Assembly (NCBI GenBank): GCA_965644315.1
Contig: CBFFRQ010000078.1
Coordinates: forward strand, 62,001-126,000
Direction of reading: 5' to 3'
From: Caecitellus pseudoparvulus
Lineage: Eukaryota > Protista > Bigyra: Bicosoecida
Length of the DNA: 64,000 nt
Shown here: positions 10,842 to 21,300 of the stretch, piece after piece
How the letters are laid out: each line of letters begins with the position of its first letter
Numbering within the stretch: position 1 is the first letter of the stretch
The notes under the pieces: generated by a model
What the model saw: only the letters and a program-made list of their open reading frames with translations
Database searches by the model: none
What the model was told of the DNA's origin: nothing
Translations under genes and position numbers: made by a program

Positions 10842-11850
10842 TTATGCCAACTTGGACGCGGCATCGGACATGGCAGCCAGCTCGCCATCCTCCGGCAAAC
10901 CGTGAGCACTGCGGGGAAGCAGGGCACGTGCAGGGCAGCGCAAGGCGGTAGGTCAAGCGCACAGCGAAACGCACCGCCACACAACTTCGCCCTGCTTGTT
11001 GATGAGGTACACGAAGCCGTAGGAGCGGTTGTGCATGGCTGCCAGCTCCGTGAACCACTGCGAAGCGGAGGCAGAGGCGCAGGTGAAACGCAGACGTGGC
11101 GGCGCCGCGGCCTGCAGGCACGCACGGTGATGTTGTAGTGGTACGGCTCAAACACGGCGATGGAGTGCTCCTGCACTTCCGGGGCCAGCGCGCCCTTCAC
11201 CATGTTGGTGAAGAAACCCGGCGCGAAGAAGTACTCGAAGCCGTCCATGTACTTCAAGTTCACCAGGCGGTACCCCGGCTTGCTGCCGAAATCAGCCAGG
11301 AACTTGGACTGCCACTGCGAGAGGTCCTGGTTGGGCAGCCCCAGCCCCGAGAAGGAGACAGTCAGGCACGTGACGTCGTCGTGCTTGGCCAGCACCTCGT
11401 TCACGTCCACCTTGGCGCCGTCGGCGACGGAGAAAGACGCCGCGTTGGGCACGTAGAAGGTGGGAATGGTCTGCTCTGCAGGAAGCAGCTCTGAAGTGGC
11501 CTTGAACAGCTGCGGGGAGCGACAGGCCTCACGGCGGCCGTGCAAGGCGCGTGACAGAGGTGCGGAAATGGACTGCGCCGCACCTTGCCGTCCCCCTGCA
11601 GATGGTCTGTGTACCGCCGAATGTGAGGGCGCTCGAAGAAGGCACCGCTCAAGTGGAATCCGAAATCCGTCGACGGGTCCCTGTAGTCATTCCCGCGCGA
11701 CCCTGGCGCGCCAGGGTGCTTGTAGTCCAACCACGGGTGGGAAGCGGCCGAGGCACCTGCCGCAGCGGCAGTCCCTGCGCTGCTCGAGGCAGCCCGTGCA
11801 GCCACAGGCGCCACACGGCGCGTGGCCGACTTGACTGCAGAAGCCAGCAT
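10842..11850 (-). CDS. ATP10: ATP10-like mitochondrial ATP synthase assembly factor, paralogue B (3 introns)
   Basis: Presequence-like MLASAVKSATRRVAP. Introns 11510-11583, 11058-11125 and 10909-10974. The spliced protein reads GDGK|LFKATSELLP..MHNRSYGFVYLINKQGEVVWRAHGLPEDGELAAM and ends at TAA 10842-10844. Confidence 0.75.
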
Positions 11851-13367
11851 GTTGATCTGGAGTGGAGATCCAGTGCCAGGCGTCTCGGAGGAGCTGGTGG
11901 CTCAGGTGGGTTGTTTGGATTGTGCCAGGCCTGCAAGTGCTGTCTGGTGCTGCGTCTCCAATCGACCCCAACGAGCGCTCACCACCCCCAACAAAAAAAT
12001 GACAACTCTGCATCCTCAGGCATGAATGCTGTGCATATTGGTGGCTTGGCAACCGTCACAAAGGGCCCGCCACGGCCCGTAACACGGAGGCGGCGCTAGA
12101 ATCCTGTGTACCGCAGCAAGGAGCTTCCGCCCGCCCAGGCTGACGACTGGGTGCACCCAGCCCTGCAATCCACCCGCGATGCTAGGCTGTACCTGTGCAG
12201 GGGTGTCAGGATGCCGACGTCACAGGGCAGCCCCTTCGCTCACCCCGCCTCTTGCTGCAGAGCGATACGTGAGGCTCTTGCGCCTTGCGCTCGAATTTCT
12301 GTCGAGATGTCGGTGGTCGATTCGGCTGTCAGGAGATTAACGCTGGAGCCAGTCCATGCTTGGCCATGTTTTCTCTGCATCGCCATGACGATCAAGGCCG
12401 CGACGGCGGACTGCAAGTGTGGCGGCTGCAGCAGCAGCCGAACGAGCAAGTGGCATCATGGAGCAGCCGGGCCTGGTCCGCTCACACTCCACGCCTGAGC
12501 AATGATGGGCAACTCCCTCCAACCTGTGTGACCTGGGGCTGCTCGCAGCTCTTCGCCTCGCAATCCTGGGAGAGAGGGAGCCACTCTTCACTTGGGACAC
12601 TCGCAGTCGCCCCACCTGCCCACCCATGCTTTCCGCGCTGACGGATCACGCCAAACTCTGCAAAATTCCGATATTATTGAGAACTTGAAGAATGCTTTTT
12701 TATTTGCGATGGTTCTCACATTCAGCTGTATCGCTCACTTTGTGGTGGGGAAAATTATGTCGTGCATCCAATTTCCGCACTCCAAACCCACCGCCCCACC
12801 TCTCCATACAACCAGCACGCGTGCTGATCACGACACAGGTGGTCGCAATGACGTGTGTTGAGGGATTCTCCCAAGGTCAGCTTCACCAGGGCCGACAGTA
12901 TGCCGTCGAGTGAACCGCCCGCCTCGACCACTTCGCGTCATGGTGTTGCCAGCCAGCACTCCCCTCAAAATACTAAAACCCGGAATTGATGCCAGTGGGA
13001 GGTCATTCAAGCGAGCGCACTTCCTCCTGTAGTGCGGTATAAATTAGCCTGAACTTCCTAGCAGGTCTGTGGCTTTCCACGCCGTCCTTGCCTTCGTGCG
13101 AGTGCTCGTTGTAGTTGAGGAGCGAGGCCAGAAGCTGTGGTCTGTGCTCAGCCTGTCTCCTCCACACAATGGCGGCAGCTTCTGCAACGATACATACAAC
13201 GAGTATCGGCCCTGTAGATGCGTTGATCGACGTGGCTCGGCGCATTGCCCAGCCCACACCCTCCCCGCCTCAGTGAACACATGCAAATCACCTGCACAGG
13301 TGCATTTCAACGACGCGCCAACCCTCGTCCCTCCCCGACTCAGAACACCTTGCACCGCTGGCCCTCC

Positions 13368-14973
13368 TTACTCCAGAGCACGGACAGACTGCACGATAAT
13401 GTCAGCTGCCTCCTCCAACTGCTCACTCGACAACGTCAGTGGCGGCGCGAAACGGATCACGTGCTTCTGCGTCGGCTTGGCCAACAGCCCCCGTCGCATG
13501 AACTCGGCACACAGAGCTTCTGCGTCCTGGCCATCTGGCGCGTCGGGCCTGACCACCAGGGCATTGAACAAGCCCAGTCCGCGCACCTCCTGCACCAGCC
13601 CTGTGCCGCCAGACACGTGGGACAGCACCGGGTCTCGGCCTTCGCCCGCCGCCACGTGAGTCTCAGTCACACTGTCCCCACTCACCAGCCCAGCCAGGGT
13701 CTTGCGCAGGGTCTGGCCCAGCTCATCGGATCGCTGCACCAAGCCCTCCTCCATGAGGACCTTGACGGCTTCCGTGGCCACAACGCAGGCCAGGGGATTT
13801 CCGCCGTACGTGCTGCCGTGCTGGCCGGGCTGCAGCGTCTCCATGACTTCCGCCTTGCCCAGCACGGCGCTGACAGGCATCATGCCGCCCGAGAGGGCTT
13901 TGCCCAGAATGACCAGGTCGGGGCGCACGCCCTCCCAGTCCACCGCCAGCAGCCTGCCAGATCGGCCCAGGCCCGACTGCACTTCGTCTGCGATCCACAA
14001 GACGTTGTACTTGTCGCAGAGCGCGCGCACGCCGGCAAGGTAGCCCTCGCTGGGCACCACGACGCCGGCCTCGCCTTGGATGGGCTCCACCATGAACGCC
14101 GCGATGTTGGGGTTGCTCTTGAACATCTCCTCCAGCGCAGGCAAGTCGTTGAAGGGGACAGAGGCGTAGCCAGGCAGGAAGGGCCCGAAGCCCCCCCGCG
14201 CGGCGGGGTCGTCTGAGGAGGAAATGGCGCCCAGGGTGCGGCCCCAGAAGTTGCCGTGGGCAAACACGGTGACGGCTTGGTCGGCAGGCACGCCCTTGAC
14301 GTCGTACGCCCAGCGACGGGCCAGCTTGACGGCAGACTCGCCGCCCTCCACGCCAGTGTTCATGGGCAGCATGCGGTCGAAGCCGAACGTTTCACACATG
14401 AACTTCGCGTAAGGGCCCAGCTTGTCGTTGAAGAATGCACGAGAGGTCAGTGTGAGCGTCTCGCTCTGCTTCTTGACGGCCTCCACGAGGCGAGGGTGGC
14501 AGTGGCCCTGCAAGGGGGGGTGGCGGCAGGGTGGGGTGTGGCGCATCACAGCCAGGGCTTGCCTTGCGAAACACGCCAAAGCTTCAGGGCGCCCTGGGCA
14601 CGCACCTGGTTGACGGCTGAGTAAGCCGAGAGGAAGTCGTAGTATGTCTTGCCCTCCACATCTGTCACGTGCACACCTGTGGAGTAGAACCGCTTGGGCG
14701 TGTGGAAAAGCGCGTGGATACGCAGGCGCGCACCAAGTGCACTGCCTCTGCCTCTGGCACGTACCTTTTCCGCTGGACAGGACCACTGGCAGGGGATCGT
14801 AGTTGTTCACGCCGAAATCAGCTTCTAATTTCATAAAGTGGCTTGCAGTCTGTGGGGGCCGTGGGCGCCTGGCTTGCCTGCGTGCCCCGCTTTGGCGTAA
14901 ACCCTCGCTGACGCACAGACATGCTGCGCCACGCTGGCACACGCCTGGCGCCGGCGGCTGCCCTTGCCAACAT
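13368..14973 (-). CDS. OAT: Ornithine aminotransferase, mitochondrial (3 introns)
   Basis: Presequence-like MLARAAAGARRVPAWRSMS. Introns 14850-14916, 14677-14764 and 14508-14605. Motifs NYDPLPVVL, YYDFLSAYSAVNQGHCHP, MNTGVEGGE, EPIQGEAG, DEVQSGLGR, LGKALSGG (PLP lysine) and HGSTYGGNPL. Confidence 0.95.
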
Positions 14974-15353
14974 GCTGGTCGGGTGGGTGCTGTCGAGGTG
15001 GCTGATGAGCTGCTGTAGGGTCTTTACCTTGGTGATCGTGTGTGTCGTCCTGCTGTTCGCGTTTTGGGCCCGCTGCGCGAGCGCGTTGTGTGAGCCACGT
15101 TGCTGCTGAGGTGCGGATTGAGCCTGTACAAGGGGGGCGCAGCCTGACGCAAGTTCCTTGCAGCACACAAATCCGTAAGTAAGCCAAAGAGGTGGTCCTG
15201 TCCACAGTGGCTACAGCTGGCCCAGGGCACCTGCGAAGCTCCTTGAACGGTGTGCGCCAGCCCATCAGCACCACGCGAGGCTGCAACTGGCTGTGGCGTG
15301 CCCCCGATTCCAGGGGAAGAACGCCAACTGCACCCGGCATTGGTTTCGCCCCC

Positions 15354-18300
15354 ATGGACTATCCAGTGGGTGCTCGACGTGTGGCAGTCACTGAAGGCGC
15401 CCGGGCGGCGCCTGGAGATGTTACCAGCGCAGTGTACAGCAGCAACGGCAGGAGCAAGCCAACTGTGCGTGGCAGCGAGCGAAGAGCGCGCATGGCAGCG
15501 CCCTGACCTGCGAGCAGTCGTGATGCATACTGCACTGTTATGCGCCGCCTCCTCGCTGTCCCTCGCAGAGCATTCGTAGCTCTCGCAGCTTTGCCCGCTC
15601 CGCCGTTGCCGTGAGTTGAGCGCTGTATTTCCGCACGTTGCGGCAGCGCGGCACACCTGACCCCCTGCACCTTTTGCAGAGTGGAGGGCGCAGCATTCGA
15701 GCACAGGGCTCGTCACAGACCCCTCTTCATGCGCCTGCAGCCGATGCAGGCCCTTCCCGCTTGCGACGTCCAGGTCGCCCGGGAGCCGCTGAGCGACACC
15801 CTCAACGACGGCCGGCAGCCTCGAGTCGCACGCCACGCAGCGCCATGCGCCTCATGTCTGCACGAGTGCGCCACGCCAACTCGGGACAGAGTGCGGCGCT
15901 CACGGCTCGGGCCAGTGCCGTGAGCTCCTTCGTCACACAGGCGCTGTCAAACCACGACGCGTTGACCCTGGGCCCACACCCCGTTGTGAACAGCCCCCCT
16001 CCCCCCGACCACAGCTCCCCCCTCCCAGGCCTGGGCGCCTCTCACCGTCTGCAGCCACGCAGTCCCCCTCCTGGGAAGGCACCCCGCTCGCCCACGGCGC
16101 GAGCGCCCCCCCCCGACCCCTCAGCCTTCCTGGACGAGGCTGCTGAGCTCATCACCCTGCACGGCGTCAGCAGCGTCGCGCCGCCTGTGCCGCCGCCTGA
16201 CGTGCTGGACGGCGCGCAGGTGGACCTGGGGCGGGAGGACGACCTGCGGCGGCGGCGAGGTCGCGCCTTCCTCGCCCAGCAGCGCGCTCGCCGGCGCCAG
16301 GCAGCCCGTGCCGCTGCTGCTGCCTCCGCCACCGCCACCTCCAAACGGACGGATGCGCTGGCGGCCCTGGACGCTGCCAGGCGCAGTGCCGTGGCGCCGT
16401 CCACTCAGGCACGCCGCCGGGGCAGTGCCTCCTCCGCCACCCGCGGCAAAAGGCGTGGCTCTGGGCCGAAGGCAGGTGCAGCGAGTGACAGGTCCACCAG
16501 TGGGCAGGGGCGGGTGAGGCGAGGTGCCGCCCCTCAGGAACCGCCACCGTCGGAAGCGCATGCTCCCCGCCCTGCTCCACGGCACACTGCGGCAGAGCCG
16601 GACGCCGATGATCTGTACCTGCAGTGGCTGGGCACGTCGCAGGCGGCGGCCCAGGGCACACGCTCCACGTCGCCGGACTTGCTGGGCGGGGCGGTGCCAC
16701 GCTCCGGCAGCCCCTCTGCTGTCGTCGTGGAGGGGGGGGTGGAGGAGGCGAAGAGCCCCCCCCCTACACCCCCCTCGCCGCCAGCGGCGGACACCGCCCC
16801 CGCCACGCCCCCCACTGACGGACACCTGTTCATGCAGTGGCTGGGCACGACCCCCGAGGGTGTCGGCGCGGCCAACACACGGCCCAGTCCCTCCGCTGAC
16901 GGCCGCTCAGGCAGCCCGGCGGCGGTGCAGGTGGAGGAGGGGACTGCACCTGGCTCCACAGAGGTGCGCCGAGCCCTTCAACACCCCAACGCGACGCCCT
17001 CCCCTGTACCACTGCGCCCGTCCCCTGGCGAGGAGACGGCGCCCACCCCCGTCAGCCATGACGGCGCGTCGGGTCTGGGCAGCGGCAGGTCGGCGTCTGT
17101 GCCTGCCCTCCCCGTGGCCAAGCTCCGCTCCCCGACGCCAGGGCAAGCCGAGGGCGGCGGCTGGCGCATCCTGGCCCCAGTGGCCACGCCAGCAGGCACG
17201 TCACCCACAGGTGCAGCCACACCTCCCACGGCGCCGACAGAGGCAAACCAGCGGGAGCCAGCCCGCCCACCGCCCGCCCACTCCACCCTCGCGCAAGGCG
17301 AGGATCTGCGGGACACCATCCGCCAGCTCCAGGCAGAGGTGGAGCAGCTGAGAGAGGGCGTGCGTGCGCCCCCAGCGGCCGAAGCCCCGCCCTCTGCCCG
17401 GGCTGACATGGACGCCTTCATGGCCCGACTTCAAGCTGCAGCAGACGCCGGCGCCGCGGCAGTGAACGCGGGGGAGGACCAGCCTTCGCCGCAGACGCCC
17501 TCCCCCCCACGCCCCGTGCGGCAGGGCCGGCCTCTGGCCCACATTTCCAGCGCCATCGCAGCCGGCGTGGCGGCGGGCGGCGGTGCCCGGGCAGCCTTGC
17601 TGGCGCTGGACCTGGACTCCAGCGACTCAGACACCTCCCAAGCCAGCCCCGCTGCCTCCACCCCCACCTTCCGTGGCCACCCTCGCGGCAGTTACCAGGA
17701 AAGCAAGTCCAGCGGGCACCCCACCAGCGCCGTGCCCCCGCAGCGGGCTTGGGCAGGCGCCCTCAGCGACAGCGACTCCTCTGCCTCCAGCCTGTCATTT
17801 GACGAGACGGATTACGCGTATGCCGCCAGGGTGGCGGCTCGGGCGCTGGGGGGGCGGGCTCGCCGCGATGCCGCCGACGCCGCTGGCGAACAGTGGGCCC
17901 ACGTCCGCCGCGCAGATCGGGTGCAGCCAGTGTCGCCTGCGGCGCCCAGTCGTCAGAACAAGTACAGCGTCAGCACGCTCTTTGCGGATGCGCTGGCCCA
18001 GCTGGATGTGGAGGATGCGGGGGAAGAGTCCTCCTCCTCCTCCTCCTCGGACAGCAGCTCGGCCAGCGCCTCGGACGGCGAGGATGTGCAGGCCCAAGCT
18101 GACGCAGCCATTGCACGGGCTGAGGCTGGGCGGGCTGCCCGAGAAGCTGCCCTGCGCACAGCACGCGCCGGCCGGGCGACGCCCCCTGCTGAACGCCACA
18201 GTGAGCGCCAGTCGTCCGAGGCAGGCGCATCGGAGGCCGGTGCCGCAGAGGCTGTGCAGGGTCTGCCTAGCCAAGCGGCTCGAGCGTACTTTGAGAGAGT

Positions 18301-21300
18301 CATGGGGGATGGCACACCCGAGCTGAGGGGGGCGCAGCCGGCCCCCGCTGCAAGCACCACGTCGGACACCACGTCTGAGCTGGATGAGTGGGTGCGGCAG
18401 TACAAGCAGCTGGGCATTGCCAACCGGGAACGCCGCAAGGTGTGGCTGGAAGGCGCACGCGAGCAGCAGCCGTCTGGGCCGCCGGCAGCAGTGCTGCACC
18501 AGCAAATCCTGGAGTCCCTCGTGGCGATGGACGCCATGGACGCAACTGCCGAGCAATTGCGCGACATGCAGAGCGCGCGCGAGCTGTCCGAGGCGCAGGC
18601 CGAGACAGCAGCGGTGCGGGGCGCGTGGGAGGCGCAGGCCGCTGCCGCTGAGGCCGCTGCTGCCGCCACCACCCTGCAAGTGCAGACTGAAGCAGAGCTG
18701 GAGTCTCGCACCGCTGCCCTGACAGAGGAGTTTGAAGCCGCCTATGCCCGTCGCATGACAGAGCTGGCTGCTGTGGCGGAGACGGCGGAGGCAGCCCTGG
18801 CTGCCTCGCGGCGCCGAACGGGGCAGGTGCAGACGGATACGCCCCCCCGCCAAGTGTCAGTGGGGGTGACGGCAGATGGGCCGCTGCAGGAAGCCAAGGC
18901 TGTGCTGGCCACACGCGTCGCAGAAGCACGTGCAGCCGGCAAGGAGTGGCCCCCTGCCATGGCCACCACCAGCGTCCAGGCCAGTCTGCCAGTGGACACG
19001 ACGGTGGGCACACAGACGCAGGGCGAGCAGGACAGCCCGTCGACAGACACAGGTGGCGCTGGCATGCAGGCGCCCGGCAGTCCCCTGGACACGACACCGG
19101 CCGCAGCCAGCCAGGCCCCAGCCAGCCTGTCGCCTGCAGCGCTGCAGGTGGCATACTCGGCCCATGCGGCGGCACTGGGCAGCGCCCTCGCAGCGTACCA
19201 GCGGGACCCTGCCAGCCTCACTGCCAGCCAGGCTGCCTTGCTCAACCAGGCCAGCCGTGGGGCGCTGGGAGACGGGTACGCAGTTGCATTTGCTGGGCCA
19301 GAGCGGGGTGCCGATCGGGCCCCCCTGCCCCCCAGATACCCAGGCGGCGCACCCCCCCACCCTGCAGGCACGCACCAGCGGCGCCACTCCCAGTCTGTGG
19401 ACAGCACAGGGGGGTACTCGGGCTACAGCTCAGACGGCTTTGAGGAAGACTACAGTGCGGAGTTTGAAGACGCCTCCGTGGCGTCCTCCATCCACGAGGG
19501 CGCCATGCCCGGCCTGCACACCTCCCACGCCACATCTGTCGGAGAGGCCTCGGCCCTGCAGGCTCGCCCCGTCCCCGACTCCCCTGCCTCACAACCCGAC
19601 TCCCAGCCCAGCGTGGTGGAGGACGGCTCCTCCCTGGAGCTGGGCGGCAGCGACGAGTCAGTGCCGGAGGAGGAGGCAGTGGTGGAGCGCAGCGCCTTGG
19701 ACACCAGCATCCCCGAGTCACCACACGTGGCGCCGCTGGGTGTGTCCTTCGCTGCCTCGCCCCTGGGCCGGCAGGGGGGCTCATTCCGCGGGGATGCCGC
19801 GTCTGTGGCCTACAGCCCCGACCTCGGGCAGTCCAGCTACACGTACGTGTCGGGCGGGGTGCCAGAGGTGGAGGAATCGGGCAGCGCAGCGGTGGGGCAC
19901 TCCCTTGCCCGGGCCGGGTCCATGGGCGGGTCCACCGTCATGTCGGCGTACAGCCAAGACTTTGAGGAAGATGAAGATGGCGAGGAGGACGAGGGGGGAG
20001 ACTGGGTCGCCCAGCGCCCCCCGCACTCGGCCATCACGCACGCCCCTGGCAGCGCCGATGCGGCTGGCCTGGACTTCTCCCTCCTGGACGCTCTGGCACG
20101 GGAGGGTGACGCGCCACCAGACCTCGTCGCCGGCTTCAAGGGCAGCCTGCAGGCGCGCGTGGCCAGCCAGATGCAGATGTTGGATGTGACGGAGGCCGCC
20201 CTGCGCCGGCGCCTGACTGCCACAGTGGCGGGCGGCGCACCGCCGCACCTTGCCCGGCTGCAGTTCGAGACGGAGGTGGCTGCGCTGGTGCGGGACCGGG
20301 CCTCGGTGCGCGTGCAGGCGTACCACGACATGGTGCTCTTCCGCGCCCACGTGACGGGAGACCCCACCATGCTCAAATCCCTCACCCTACAAGACGCCCA
20401 GCGACCGGGAGCTTCCGTCGTGTCCCCAGGTCCGGCGGGCTCACCCCCTTCCACTGCGCCCCTGGCACTGCCTCAGCCAGTCACCCCCCCACGCGCGCAG
20501 GCGCCGACCCCTGCCCCATCTGTGCAGGACTCGGGCAGGTACACGGAGAGCTTTGTCAGTTACGGGGAGGCCTCGGCCCTGCAGGCTCGCCCCGTCCCCG
20601 ACTCCCCTGCCTCGCAACCAGAATCCCAGCCCAGCGTCGTGGAGGACGGCTCCTCCCTGGAGCTGGACGGCAGCGACGAGTCGGTGCCGGAGGAGGAGGC
20701 AGTGGAGGAGTCTCCGGCCCCTTCGACAGTCAGGCCGGGGACTCCTCCTGCCAGCGTGGTCGACGATGGGTCGTCGCTGGAGCTGGGCGGCAGCGCCACG
20801 TCAGAAAGCGTTCCGGATGTGGTGGCAGGCGATGCCCAAGCGGATGCGGCGGGCGCCCCCACCCTCCACGCCGCATCCCGCAGCGACCTGTACGCGTCAG
20901 ACGTCTTCGAGACCTCCCTGCCTTCCCCAGAGGCCTCCGGGGCGGTGTCGGGCGTGTACGGCGAAGGCGACGTGTCGGCTGCCTACAGCGACTCATTCGT
21001 CACGGCACCCAGCCAAGCACCGGCCCCCGCACCGCCCTCGCCGCACACTGACAGCGTGGTTAGTAGCGTTGCGGAGTCCCTGCCGAGTCCAGACAGGGAA
21101 ATCACTGGGCAGAGTGTCTCGACAAAGTACAGTGACACGTGGGACGCGGAAGACAGCGGGGAAGCGGCGGCGCACCCCCCTCAACCAGGTGCCCCCCCCG
21201 CCTCACCACAGCCCAAGCCTGCGGAGCCCCTGTCGCCGCCCACGCCAGCCCCCGCAGATGCGACCTTGAACATGTCCGTGTCGGCGTCTGGAGTCGTGGA

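Noticed and set aside
12660-12780. AT-rich segment as an snRNA or tRNA gene
   Set aside because: I found no U1, U2, U4, U5 or U6 signature, no clear Sm site in context and no cloverleaf on either strand.
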